Virus record (IMG/VR): IMGVR_UViG_3300030451_003654
Span: 22,861-86,860 of that record
DNA: 64,000 nt
Reading direction: 5' to 3' (one strand)
Source of the DNA: a virus
This document shows positions 21,092 to 31,527 of the stretch, in pieces (positions within the stretch are counted from its first letter, which is position 1; each line of letters opens with the position of its first letter). Both the position numbers and the translations under genes were made by a program. The notes beneath the pieces are model-generated. The model was not told the DNA's origin. It ran no database searches and saw only the letters and a program-made list of their open reading frames with translations.

Positions 21092-22184
21092 TATCTATCA
21101 AATATATTAAGCGTTTCTTCATATTTAAAATCTTCTCAACATCAGCCCTGTATGTATCAAATTTAGTTTTAATATCTAATCCTGATTGTTGATTTTCTCC
21201 TAATAAGATAGTATTATCATCTGATGACATTAATTCACAACAAACTAATTTAGTTGCCGCTTCTGTAATTACTGCTGGAACAGTTTGTTTTCCTGTTTGA
21301 TAAGTACATCTTAGAGAATGTTTAACTTGTAATGGATATGTACTTTTAAAGAATACAGTACCTGTTGCATTATCTATCCACCAATCATTATCTCTTCCAA
21401 TATTTTCATTATCTTTAAAATCTTCTTTTGTAATACCTGAACCATTAACTGTAATAGTACAATTTTTACCATCATCAGAAGGTAATAAAGAAGAGATAAC
21501 AATTGAATTATCATCTTCTAAAGAAGCGTAAAAGAATTTACTAATATTACTACCTGCACTTCCTTGAAAAGATTTCTTTCCATTTTGTCCTGTAAAATCT
21601 CTTGTATTAGCAGGGGCTTGTTCATTTATTAAATAAACTAATTCTTGAGCAGTTGTATTATTTCCAAATTGATTATTAAAACAACCTGCATTATTAGGAT
21701 GCGTTAGTAATGTAAATGTTTCACCACTATTAGGTAATTGTAATACTACATTTGTAATTGAAGTAAAATCTGTAATATTAACTTTACAAGTAGCACCTGC
21801 TAACTCTTCCCAAACATCTCCTTTCCAAGCACAAAGTCTTATTACTTTTCTTACATCTTCTCTATTTAATCTAACAAAACCGACATAATCTGTATATCTA
21901 CTTGTAGCACTATTATATCTGTACATTCTATTAAAATCTAAATCAAAATCTTTCATTTCATCTTCAATAATAGATGGTCGCCAAGATTGCTTTGTATATT
22001 CATCAATATAATCTTCAGCGTATCTAATTAACTCTCCAATATTTGCAAGAGTAGGAATTGTATCAGTTGTAAAAGGTGCTATTCCTAATAAATCACAAAT
22101 TTTTGTCATGTTAGTATAATGTCCTATACCACCGTCATAATCAAGTGAGTTAATTGCTGTATCTGATGGTCTTATAATACTCAT
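21084..22184 (-). CDS. Head-tail adaptor/connector
   Basis: YT...LIRYAEDYIDEYT...W and Y.TG...VPAVITEAATKLV motifs typical of gp6/gp15-like adaptors. Confidence 0.7.
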   Translation of the reverse strand: MSIIRPSDTAINSLDYDGGIGHYTNMTKICDLLGIAPFTTDTIPTLANIGELIRYAEDYIDEYTKQSWRPSIIEDEMKDFDLDFNRMYRYNSATSRYTDYVGFVRLNREDVRKVIRLCAWKGDVWEELAGATCKVNITDFTSITNVVLQLPNSGETFTLLTHPNNAGCFNNQFGNNTTAQELVYLINEQAPANTRDFTGQNGKKSFQGSAGSNISKFFYASLEDDNSIVISSLLPSDDGKNCTITVNGSGITKEDFKDNENIGRDNDWWIDNATGTVFFKSTYPLQVKHSLRCTYQTGKQTVPAVITEAATKLVCCELMSSDDNTILLGENQQSGLDIKTKFDTYRADVEKILNMKKRLIYLIDSD

Positions 22185-25100
22185 TATCGCACCGCCTGTA
22201 TAAGTACATTCATTCTACTTCTAATGTTTTCAACAAATTCTAATCTATCGGGGTCAGTATTTTCTCCTCTTAATGCGTCATCTTGTATTCTTCCCGTTGG
22301 TGTTACTCTTTTATTTCCTATTTTTCTTTTTTGGTCGGGTCTTAAACCTGTACCTGAAACTTTAGGCATAATAAATGATTTAGACCTACCTCTTTCAATT
22401 TTATATCCTACATATGATTCAGCCTTTGATTCCCATAAAACTTGCCCTTTTAATAATAATTTACTTTTAGCATAGTCAATTTGTACTTCCATATCTTTAA
22501 TTTCAATTGATACTTTACCATTTCTACCATCGTTAAATGCTTTATTTTTTGACAAATCTTCTGATAAACCCTTTCTTAAATCTAAAGCATTTAGTAATCT
22601 ATACATATCTGCTCTTTCAGGCTTCTTAAATTTACTGTCCTGTCTTTTATTATTCCAATGTTCTTCGATTAGTAATCTTTCTTCTTTAATATCTTCTTTA
22701 AGTTTAGACATATCATTTACAAAATTACCTTCTTCATCTTTTTCTTCATCTATTTGACTAATTAGATTTTGTAGATTATCCATATCATATTCTACCATTT
22801 CTCCCCACTCATTTAGAATAGTACCAAATTTATCTGTTGAAATATTAATATCTCTTGTATCATTTACAATTCTTAACTCTCTTCTAAGTAAAGTTAATCT
22901 ATTATCTAAATTAGAAGTCATTGTATCATATTTAATTAAATCTTGTAATCCATTTAAAAATTCTTCTTCTTTCATTAATTCAAATGTTTTACCTGTTGTT
23001 AAATCATCAAAGTCTTCTAATGATTCATCTACCATCATCTGTTGTCCTGCTGTTTCACCTTCAGTACCCTGCATAGCATCTTCGGCTTCTCTTTGTTCTT
23101 GTTCGGCTTCTTCAAGTCTTTCTTGTTGTATTCTTAACTTTGCTGATTCTTGAGCCGCTTGTTCTCTAAATTCTTCTTCGGTTAAATCATCTTCATCGTT
23201 TGCTTCATCTAACGCTTCAATTAATTCTTCGTTTTCCATAGCAAAATTAATAACTTTATTCATTGTCTTTTGGAAAATTGTTAATTTATTAATAAAATTA
23301 TCAGTCTTTTTTAAAGAAAAATCTTCTACTAAATTTTTTCTTAATTCATCTACTGTAAATTTAAAAGAACCATTGTCTTTTAAGTAAGATGAAGGTGTAA
23401 AATCTGATAAATCAATAATGTCTTCTTTTTCAAGTCTTTCGTTTTGTAATTCTTTAAGATTACTAATTATACCTGCGACCATTTCCATATCACCAATTAA
23501 ATTAGAAGTAATATATTTTTTAACTTTATTTTCTAATCTTTCTTGTGTGGAAGTAGTTTTTGCTCTATAAAAATTAGTTAAAACATCTCTAATCATTTTC
23601 CATTGATAATCTCCACTAATTCCAGGTAATTTTTTTACTATATCTTTAGGTATATTACCTGTATAATTAATTATAACTTTACCTTCTTTATTAATTTGTT
23701 TATCTATTACTGATTCAGAATTAATAATATCTCTTGATGCACCACCTATTGTTCTTGCATATCCTGATTCAAAATCAACTGCCCTTTTCTTAATTTCAAT
23801 AGGTAATTTAAATTTAGTTTTATTAGTTTCTACTTCTTCTAATCTAACATTAATATTATCAGGATTAACAAATGAATCTAAAATAAATTCTTCAATTGTA
23901 TCTCTACTCATTTTAACAGGTCTATCTGATAAATCGTCTTTATCTCTTTCTTCTAATGTAACTGTTTCAATTGTAAATTTGGCTTGTGCATTTATAAGCG
24001 GTTGAAGATTTTGCTTCTGCCACATATTTAATGCTCTATCTAATAATCTTACGACTGTTTTTATGTCTTTTTCTTTTATAAATTTAACAAAACCTTTTTG
24101 GTCTGTTATTTCATCTAATTCTTCATTACTAAATGTAATAGGATATGGAATTTGTTGTAGTAATTCTAACAATGGAGGTTTAATCTCATTACCTTTATCG
24201 TCTTTACCAATAGTAATTAGTTTATCTATCTGTACATTAATATCTAATTCTTCTTTCCCTTCGTTAATACCTGTTAATTTACTTTCTACAATTAATGGTA
24301 CTGCTAATAATTTTAAATATGTGGCTTCTCTATTTTTTACTTCTGTTTCAAATTGATTATATGATAATTCTTTACCTGTTATCATACTATATTTTGTATT
24401 GTATAAAGACTCATCTATTGTCTTTTCTACATTTTCAATTAGAATGCCTAAAGCAACCTTTTCTTCATTTGTTTGTGGTTCTAATGTAACTGCTGAATAA
24501 AATCCTTCTACTTCAGGACTATTTTCAATAACTTGTCTTAATGTAATATCATCATTATACATTGTTTTTAACTGCTCATCAAATTTTACTCTTGTAATTT
24601 CAATAGAAGATTGAAGGTCTCTAATTTTCTTTGTAAATGCGCCCTTTGCAGCACCTGTGGCTTTATCTCTTTCTAATTTAAGAGCCTGTAATTCATTCTT
24701 TCCTTCAATAAGCAAATTTCTTGCGACATTATACTCTTCTGTATTTTTTACATTTAGACCTCTTTTATTGGCTTTAAATTGTCTTCCATATGAAACTTCA
24801 AAACTTTTAAAATTACCATCTTTATCTTTAATCTCAATTGTTCTATCTGAAAATTTTAATTCTTTGGGTTGTTCTTCACCTTCTACTTGTTGATAATATC
24901 TATTATTATTTAAATCTCTCAACTTAGTATCTAATAGTATATCAATTGCTTCTTTATTAATACTATTAAATGTTTCTAAATCCCAAGCATCTTTAAAAGT
25001 AGGATTATTATCCCACTTCTTTTTACTTCGCATCCAACGGATTAAACCTGCTCTAATTCTTTTTTGCATTCCTATTTTAGATTGGTCTTGAGGAATAATA

Positions 25101-25195
25101 AACTGATAAAAAAATTCTAAAGCAGTATCTACATTCCACTTAGTACCATCTTCAAAGTTATCTACTCCACGAAAAGAGCCTACTTCTGTTTCCAT
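22184..25195 (-). CDS. Large acidic helical hypothetical protein (1003 aa)
   Basis: Long ORF, E/K-rich, translationally coupled to the adaptor gene. Confidence 0.7.
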   Translation of the reverse strand: METEVGSFRGVDNFEDGTKWNVDTALEFFYQFIIPQDQSKIGMQKRIRAGLIRWMRSKKKWDNNPTFKDAWDLETFNSINKEAIDILLDTKLRDLNNNRYYQQVEGEEQPKELKFSDRTIEIKDKDGNFKSFEVSYGRQFKANKRGLNVKNTEEYNVARNLLIEGKNELQALKLERDKATGAAKGAFTKKIRDLQSSIEITRVKFDEQLKTMYNDDITLRQVIENSPEVEGFYSAVTLEPQTNEEKVALGILIENVEKTIDESLYNTKYSMITGKELSYNQFETEVKNREATYLKLLAVPLIVESKLTGINEGKEELDINVQIDKLITIGKDDKGNEIKPPLLELLQQIPYPITFSNEELDEITDQKGFVKFIKEKDIKTVVRLLDRALNMWQKQNLQPLINAQAKFTIETVTLEERDKDDLSDRPVKMSRDTIEEFILDSFVNPDNINVRLEEVETNKTKFKLPIEIKKRAVDFESGYARTIGGASRDIINSESVIDKQINKEGKVIINYTGNIPKDIVKKLPGISGDYQWKMIRDVLTNFYRAKTTSTQERLENKVKKYITSNLIGDMEMVAGIISNLKELQNERLEKEDIIDLSDFTPSSYLKDNGSFKFTVDELRKNLVEDFSLKKTDNFINKLTIFQKTMNKVINFAMENEELIEALDEANDEDDLTEEEFREQAAQESAKLRIQQERLEEAEQEQREAEDAMQGTEGETAGQQMMVDESLEDFDDLTTGKTFELMKEEEFLNGLQDLIKYDTMTSNLDNRLTLLRRELRIVNDTRDINISTDKFGTILNEWGEMVEYDMDNLQNLISQIDEEKDEEGNFVNDMSKLKEDIKEERLLIEEHWNNKRQDSKFKKPERADMYRLLNALDLRKGLSEDLSKNKAFNDGRNGKVSIEIKDMEVQIDYAKSKLLLKGQVLWESKAESYVGYKIERGRSKSFIMPKVSGTGLRPDQKRKIGNKRVTPTGRIQDDALRGENTDPDRLEFVENIRSRMNVLIQAVR

Positions 25196-25207
25196 TATTT
25201 ACACCCC

Positions 25208-25519
25208 TCAAGAGTGTAAAACAAACATTTCAAGTCCTGTCCAATCATCACATTCAATTCTTAGACCACTTCTACAAAGAATACCATCAGTATAATGTTT
25301 TTGTTCTGATATATTTGCTAATAATCCTGCATCAAAACTATATCTTGCTATTAAATTAGTAGTGCCTGTTCCTGTATTATCAGCATAAACTGAAATTACT
25401 CTTGTAGCACCTGCGGCTAATGCACCTGTTGGAGTTAAAATAAAACCATTATAGACACATGGACTTGCTGATTGAACATTAGTATCGCCTGTTATTCTTG
25501 TACTTTGAATTCTTCCCAT
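25208..25519 (-). CDS. Small beta-rich virion protein
   Basis: ORF with RBS AGGTG in the head-neck region. Confidence 0.55.
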   Translation of the reverse strand: MGRIQSTRITGDTNVQSASPCVYNGFILTPTGALAAGATRVISVYADNTGTGTTNLIARYSFDAGLLANISEQKHYTDGILCRSGLRIECDDWTGLEMFVLHS

Positions 25520-25538
25520 TGTAAAACACCTTCTCGGT

Positions 25539-25586
25539 AAAAGAAATGAGAGAGGTCGCCACTAATAAAAGTAGCGACTCTCCCTC
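25539..25586 (-). terminator. Hairpin plus U-rich tail after the capsid cluster
   Basis: Minus-strand GAGGGAGAGUCGCUACU-UUUAUU-AGUGGCGACCUCUCUC (16 bp, one bulge, two G-U pairs) followed by AUUUCUUUU. Confidence 0.7.
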
Positions 25587-25609
25587 AAATCAATTTTAGC
25601 ATTTACTAA

Positions 25610-25948
25610 TTACTCTTCTTCATCAGATAGCAAAGAAATTAGTACAGATTTGTTATCAAAAGCCTTGTATTCAAGACCTCTTTCATCACAAAGAGCCTGT
25701 AATTCTTTCTTTGTTAGTGTAGATAAATCAACTACTTCATCAACAACTTCAACTGTTTCTTCTACAACTTCTTCAATTGTTTCTTCCACAACTTCTACTG
25801 TTTCAGTATTTTCTTCACCTTCAATTTCCCAACCATCTGCACCTGTTATTTTTAGAACCATCTGAGCATTTGCTTCTACCCAAACACCATTAGGAAACTC
25901 TCTTCCATAAAGGCGAGCAAAACCTAAAGTATATCTAATTCTTGGCAT
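25610..25948 (-). CDS. Protein with C-terminal SAP/HeH-like domain
   Basis: LSTLTKKELQALCDERGL...KSVLISLL after an E/V/T-rich linker. Confidence 0.65.
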   Translation of the reverse strand: MPRIRYTLGFARLYGREFPNGVWVEANAQMVLKITGADGWEIEGEENTETVEVVEETIEEVVEETVEVVDEVVDLSTLTKKELQALCDERGLEYKAFDNKSVLISLLSDEEE

Positions 25949-25958
25949 TTAATTCACC

Positions 25959-26330
25959 TCAAATTTGTCCGTGTACTCTTACTCTAAGATTAGTATTAGT
26001 AATATCTGTATTATCAGCAGTAGCATTTGTTCCATCAAGAGAAGTAAAAGATAGTAAAAAACCATCTTTAACTATATTTACTCCATCCATTCTGTAATAA
26101 CTACCATCACCTAATATCTTAGTGCTAACCAAATAATCAGCAGGTCTATTTGTTCCTAAAATATGTACTGCACTAACAGAAGATAATCCTAAACTGCTTA
26201 AAAGTATAGGTTCTCCACCATCTCCAACTGTATCTACTGCAATTAAAGCATCTACTACATATTCAGTTCCAACAACTCTCGGTGCATCAGAACCCAAATG
26301 GTCTGCAATTAATGTTATTGTATGTGCCAT
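25959..26330 (-). CDS. Putative capsid decoration/minor head protein
   Basis: Directly after the MCP gene; beta-rich; RBS GGTGA. Confidence 0.5.
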   Translation of the reverse strand: MAHTITLIADHLGSDAPRVVGTEYVVDALIAVDTVGDGGEPILLSSLGLSSVSAVHILGTNRPADYLVSTKILGDGSYYRMDGVNIVKDGFLLSFTSLDGTNATADNTDITNTNLRVRVHGQI

Positions 26331-26360
26331 TTTTCATCACCTATTAATTAATTAAAAACC

Positions 26361-27668
26361 TCAAGATAGGTTAGTAATCTTTCCTTGTGCTTTCAAGAAT
26401 GTACAAACAACTTCACCAATGGTTCGGTACATACCCTTGTTTCTAAGTCCATCAACCGAGAATGGGTCGCCCGAATCAATACCTGTTTCAAAGTATTCAG
26501 TTGGCTTCAAAGTAGCAAAGTGAATATGGTCTGTATCAAGAATGAAAATATCACTCAATCCACTACCTGTTCCTGTGCTTCCCATTTCCTTACAAGGAAT
26601 AATAGGAATGTCATGATAAGTAGCAACCTTAAATCCAACTTCTCTACCCTTTACACCTTTAATACCATTTACAGTAGGTAGTACTTCAGTTCTTCCCATG
26701 AATCTTTCTTGAGATTGTAGAAGTTCTCCCAATGCTTGAATTGTATCATATCCTGTTAGAATAACCTTTGGAGAAGCACCACGAATTTGCAATTCTCTTA
26801 GAGCAGTATTTAGCAAGTTAAGAGTTAGTGGTCTTCTTGTTGTAGCATCAGCAGAAGAATCTACAAATGCACCCATCCAAGCATTATTAGCCGCAACTGT
26901 TCTATCTTTTCCATATAGAGTCTTCATTTCTGTTGGTAGAGCACCTGCAAATAGATTTCCGCCATCAGCAGCCTCTAATTCTGTCTTGTTAGTTACAATT
27001 TCATATAGAGATTTTAGGTTGTTTGTTCCAACATAATTTCCTGAACCATCAGTCTTAGATTCCAATGGAGTTAGAAGCATATGATTCATCATTTCAGCGT
27101 GTGTAACACCAACTTCTTCTCTATAAGCAGCCATAATATCACCAATTCCATCATCAATCTTTGCCATTGCAGCAGCCAATTCAGAAACTTCAAATTGATG
27201 TGCAATAGTTTTAGGAGAAACATATAGTGTTTCATACTTTGGTGCAATTGGGGCAAATGCAGTTGCATCGTTAGTAGTAAATGATGCGTTTTCAGCAACA
27301 CCACCAATCAAATCTTCTGTTAGAGAACCTTGATTTGTACCACCTGTAATATTAAGAATATCTCCACTACCACCAATTGCTCTTTCAATCATGACTCTCC
27401 AGCCGCTTGACTGATATGGCTTCTTTGGTAGCATAGCGAATGCATTAATTTCACGGTTTAGCATAGACCAAACTTTTTGTCCATATACTAAATTATATAG
27501 AGCCTGATTGCTTTGTGAAAATGCACCACTACTTGAATCAGTATGCAATCCTCTTGTTACTCCAACGCCTCCCGATTGTCCTGTTGATGCTTTCAAAAGA
27601 CTATTACCACCAAAAGAACCGTAGGTTGCTCTTTCTAAATCTGCTATTGTTCTAATTTTTAAACTCAT
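26361..27668 (-). CDS. Major capsid protein (HK97 fold)
   Basis: Follows the prohead protease; YGQKVWSMLN, LPKKP, PKVILT, YHDIPIIP, DIFILDT and QGKITNL motifs. Confidence 0.85.
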   Translation of the reverse strand: MSLKIRTIADLERATYGSFGGNSLLKASTGQSGGVGVTRGLHTDSSSGAFSQSNQALYNLVYGQKVWSMLNREINAFAMLPKKPYQSSGWRVMIERAIGGSGDILNITGGTNQGSLTEDLIGGVAENASFTTNDATAFAPIAPKYETLYVSPKTIAHQFEVSELAAAMAKIDDGIGDIMAAYREEVGVTHAEMMNHMLLTPLESKTDGSGNYVGTNNLKSLYEIVTNKTELEAADGGNLFAGALPTEMKTLYGKDRTVAANNAWMGAFVDSSADATTRRPLTLNLLNTALRELQIRGASPKVILTGYDTIQALGELLQSQERFMGRTEVLPTVNGIKGVKGREVGFKVATYHDIPIIPCKEMGSTGTGSGLSDIFILDTDHIHFATLKPTEYFETGIDSGDPFSVDGLRNKGMYRTIGEVVCTFLKAQGKITNLS

Positions 27669-27704
27669 ATTTTTCACTTCCTTTATTTTGTGATTCTAAT
27701 AGAA

Positions 27705-28970
27705 TCAGCCTTGTACCTCACTAACAAGGTCATTTAATTCTTCCCAAGACATTTCACTAATATTGTCCATCTTTGCGATTACATCATCAGATAGTGTTGA
27801 GGTTGTTGTTGCTTGTGTAACTTGCTTTGCAATTACAGCATTGTTTGATTCAAGAGATTTGCGAAGTTCAGCAAACTCGTTCTTTAGAGCAGCAACTTCA
27901 GCACTTGCATCATACTTTTCCTTAGCAATCATGTTTGCTTCAGCCTGTAATTCAGCATTGTATCTTGCTTCAAATTCATTCTTAATCAAATCATATGCTC
28001 TTGCTTCTTCCTTTTCAGCCTTAAATTGTGCATATGCCTTTGCGATGTTTTCTTCGCTTAGGTCAAGAGTATCAATACTATTACCCTTGCGAGCAATAAA
28101 TTCACTATACTCAGCGTCAAATCTTCCTGTTAGGTTAGATTCTCCCATTTTTTGTCCTGTTGCGTTGTGTCCATATACAGTAGATTCAGCCGCTTTTGCT
28201 TCCTTATCTTCTTCCATATTTTCTTCATCATCTTCAGCCTTGTAAGACATGGATTCTTCATCATCCATATTTTCTTCATCATCAGCCATATTTTCTTCAT
28301 CCATAGCCATTTCTTCAACTTCGCTATCATCCTTCAAAATCATTTGATTTCGTAGTTGAGCAACAATGTCTTCAAACTCGCCTAATGCTTTACTAATTTC
28401 ATCAGTCATTTTTTCACTTCCTTTATTTTTATCTTCCTTTACAATTTCAAATTTTGCTTCAGGGTTTATTCCCTCTTCACAAATTGTAATCTCATGGAGT
28501 TCCAATTTATCTATTTCTTTGTATGTACCAATATCAGGGTCATGGACATTATGCTTATGCATGGCTTGTCCACCAATACTAAAAGAGCGAAGTTTGCCTT
28601 TCCTAATATCTCTTGCAACCTCTTTCGCTTTTTCAATGTCGTTCCTCATTTTAATAACTACAAAGAATCCTGTATCATCGCAACCTGTCTTTAACAAATT
28701 ACCTTTTGTGTCTGTGTAGGAATCAATTACTTCTCCTACTTGTACATTTGAATGAGTAATCATTACATTTTTATAATCACTCTTCATGAATTTTTCGGCT
28801 GCTTCGGCTAAAGCATCTAATGTAATTAGGTCGTTCTGTTTATCTACTACATCAACAGAAGCATATCCAGCGATAACCAAATCTTTTCCTGTTCCTTTTA
28901 GAATTGCTAATTCAGAACCTGAAGTATGATGATTACCTAACCTAATAGGTTTAACCTGCAAAGAAGCCAT
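27705..28970 (-). CDS. HK97-type prohead protease fused to acidic/coiled-coil scaffold
   Basis: IAGYAS..VVDKQND, catalytic-type H (ITHSN) and S (SFSIGG), EITICEEGINP; C-terminal D/E/M-rich and coiled-coil region. Confidence 0.9.
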   Translation of the reverse strand: MASLQVKPIRLGNHHTSGSELAILKGTGKDLVIAGYASVDVVDKQNDLITLDALAEAAEKFMKSDYKNVMITHSNVQVGEVIDSYTDTKGNLLKTGCDDTGFFVVIKMRNDIEKAKEVARDIRKGKLRSFSIGGQAMHKHNVHDPDIGTYKEIDKLELHEITICEEGINPEAKFEIVKEDKNKGSEKMTDEISKALGEFEDIVAQLRNQMILKDDSEVEEMAMDEENMADDEENMDDEESMSYKAEDDEENMEEDKEAKAAESTVYGHNATGQKMGESNLTGRFDAEYSEFIARKGNSIDTLDLSEENIAKAYAQFKAEKEEARAYDLIKNEFEARYNAELQAEANMIAKEKYDASAEVAALKNEFAELRKSLESNNAVIAKQVTQATTTSTLSDDVIAKMDNISEMSWEELNDLVSEVQG

Positions 28971-28991
28971 TGGTATATATTTTGTTTTTAC

Positions 28992-29002
28992 AAGTATATA
29001 AA
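28992..29002 (-). promoter_or_regulatory. TATA box for the protease-capsid transcript (probably leaderless)
   Basis: TTTATATA about 25 nt upstream of ATG 28970; no RBS present. Confidence 0.55.
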
Positions 29003-29011
29003 GGATAACCC

Positions 29012-31519
29012 TTATTCGTTAGAAAATGTAATACTTCTATATTTATCTTGATTAATATCCCATAACCCTTCATCACTATCTTTATCAGTTGGTTTAGTTT
29101 CATAACCTGTCCATGCTACCCACTTATCTTCATTCATTATTGGTACTACTCTAATATGAAATTTACCTTGATACATTTTACCATCTAATATATACTCATG
29201 ATAACCATCTCTTTGAGCACCTAATTCTATTTTCCCTTCATCTAACATTTTATGTTTATCAGGTTCTTCATCTATTTCGGCTAAATATTTTGTAGCCTTA
29301 CCAAACAATTCATAAATATCTTCAGTATTTTCTTGTTCTATTCTCCAACTAAATGTTTTACCCTTAGCAGTATAAATAAAATTTAAATCACCATCTTCTC
29401 TTTTCCATACCTCGTATGTATCTGAATCTTTTTCTTCATCTTTTTTTATAAAATCAGATTCAGGTAATTTAACTAATGTTTTTTCATCATGGTAGAATGT
29501 CTTTCTATTACTATTATATAATACACCAAAGGCTTCTCCTCTTTCTTTAATAAAATTAAATAATCCTTTTTCTAAATTAGTATCAGCAAATACTCTTTTA
29601 ATTATATCAGGTGCTTTTTGTTTTACCTTTCTAATTAAATCTACTTTACTAATCTCACCTTCATTAACTATTTCAGAAACAATTGACATTAACTTACCGC
29701 TATCTTTTTTGTATATAGAAGTTAATTCGTCTTTCCATAAATCAATATCTATCATAGCATTTTTAGCCATTAGATTATCTTGATAAAATCCTGATAATAC
29801 AAACCCATCGGTATCAAGAGTAGTATTTAATTCTACTACACCATGTATATTATCTGTAATTGAATATGATTTTTTAAGTGCTTCTATATTATAATCTGAT
29901 GCTGATTTTTTATTATCCTTTGATAAAAATTCTAAAGTAATAATTTTTTCAGGTTCTGTAACTTCAGGCTTTTCAATAACCTTAGCACTATATACTGAAA
30001 ATCCTGTCTTTGTTTTCTTTACTTCATCAACCTTAACTCTTATAATTTTACCAACTTCTGATTTAATTTTAGTATTAAGTGCTTTACCTACAACTAAGTA
30101 ATCTCTTTTATCATGTCTTTTTACAGGTTTAACTTCTTCATCGCCAATTGGACCTGCACCTAATGTATAACTAAATGTACCATTTTTATTTTTTCTTACT
30201 TCTAATACAAGTAAATCTAAATCTACAAACTTTTTCCATTTAACCCATTTAGGATTTTTCTTCTTCCCTACAATGTATGAGGACTTAGCATCTTTAATCA
30301 TCACACCTTCTGATGTAGGATTATTCATAATTTCTTTAGCATACTCTTCTATTTCTTCTAAGGAGTCAGCCATTCTTGTATTAGATTTACTTGGGAATTG
30401 TAGGTATTTATCTGATAACTTAGTAAATTCTCCCATTAGTAATTTTAATCTTTCTTCAAGTTTATTTTTCCAAATGTGTTCTCCATTTAATCTTAGAATA
30501 TCAAATACATGAACCCTTAACTCATAATTACTATCATTATTTTTTGAATTAATAAATGATATTGTATCGGCTCTATGTAGTGGTTCATCATCTTCATACA
30601 AAACAACCTCAGCATCTAATATACATTTAGGGAAATCTTCGTCTTGCATAATTTTAATTTGTTTATCAAACTTACCTGTAATATCTCTATTATTAAATGA
30701 ATATACTTTAATTTCTTTTGTTTTATGTATTTGTATTCTCATACCGTCATACTTTTCCTGTACTACATATTCTCCTGTAAAACCTTTTATTTCTTTCATA
30801 TCATCTATTTCAAAAATACGGTACATAGGTTTGTTAGGTACAATAAATTCATTTAAAGTATCTTTATCTTCTTTTAAAATTCTTTTAGTATCAGTTAATT
30901 CTTGCCATTCAGCAGGACTATGTTCACTTGTATATACTTCATACAATAATTCTCTTGCCGCTTGCATTTTAGATTTTAACCTTTTAACATTTACTTCTTC
31001 ACCATAGTTTTCTTGTAGCCATTCATAGATTTCTCCATCTGTTAAATCTAAACCTACAAATCCTTCAGTAAATGTATCTTCTAATTTACCAAAATCTTTC
31101 CAATTATCTAATGCACCACGACCTGTTCTATATACCCAATGTAAAAATATAGCATATAGTTGTTTATTCTCTAATAACTTCTTAGGTAATTCTGAACCAT
31201 ACTTTTTTCTGAATGGGTCTTTAGAGAAAGACTTTTCATCTTGTATTGTTTTTAGATTTTCATAAATTCTTTTAGCCTTTGCACCTTGCGGGTCTTTAGA
31301 TTCTTGGCTAAATAATAATGTTTCAGACATTTTATCTCTAAGTAAATCACCAATTGGTTGAGGACTATCCCAACTTTGTTGTATTTCTTCTACAACAGTT
31401 TCCCATTCATCTTTGTAATCTTTTGGTCTTTCTCTCGCACTTAAATATGCTACTCTTACTTTATCATAAAGTAGCCTTAAAGACCTTGATAAAGGGTCTA
31501 TTCTTCCCGCAACAGGCAT
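29012..31519 (-). CDS. lig: ATP-dependent DNA ligase with N-terminal extension and C-terminal LigD-phosphoesterase-like domain
   Basis: Motif I EKYDG, III LDAE, IIIa VFDIL, IV EGVMIK, V WVKWKK, then OB fold; C-terminal DEGKIELG...HEYILDG...GKFH. Confidence 0.85.
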   Translation of the reverse strand: MPVAGRIDPLSRSLRLLYDKVRVAYLSARERPKDYKDEWETVVEEIQQSWDSPQPIGDLLRDKMSETLLFSQESKDPQGAKAKRIYENLKTIQDEKSFSKDPFRKKYGSELPKKLLENKQLYAIFLHWVYRTGRGALDNWKDFGKLEDTFTEGFVGLDLTDGEIYEWLQENYGEEVNVKRLKSKMQAARELLYEVYTSEHSPAEWQELTDTKRILKEDKDTLNEFIVPNKPMYRIFEIDDMKEIKGFTGEYVVQEKYDGMRIQIHKTKEIKVYSFNNRDITGKFDKQIKIMQDEDFPKCILDAEVVLYEDDEPLHRADTISFINSKNNDSNYELRVHVFDILRLNGEHIWKNKLEERLKLLMGEFTKLSDKYLQFPSKSNTRMADSLEEIEEYAKEIMNNPTSEGVMIKDAKSSYIVGKKKNPKWVKWKKFVDLDLLVLEVRKNKNGTFSYTLGAGPIGDEEVKPVKRHDKRDYLVVGKALNTKIKSEVGKIIRVKVDEVKKTKTGFSVYSAKVIEKPEVTEPEKIITLEFLSKDNKKSASDYNIEALKKSYSITDNIHGVVELNTTLDTDGFVLSGFYQDNLMAKNAMIDIDLWKDELTSIYKKDSGKLMSIVSEIVNEGEISKVDLIRKVKQKAPDIIKRVFADTNLEKGLFNFIKERGEAFGVLYNSNRKTFYHDEKTLVKLPESDFIKKDEEKDSDTYEVWKREDGDLNFIYTAKGKTFSWRIEQENTEDIYELFGKATKYLAEIDEEPDKHKMLDEGKIELGAQRDGYHEYILDGKMYQGKFHIRVVPIMNEDKWVAWTGYETKPTDKDSDEGLWDINQDKYRSITFSNE

Positions 31520-31527
31520 TTAAACAC

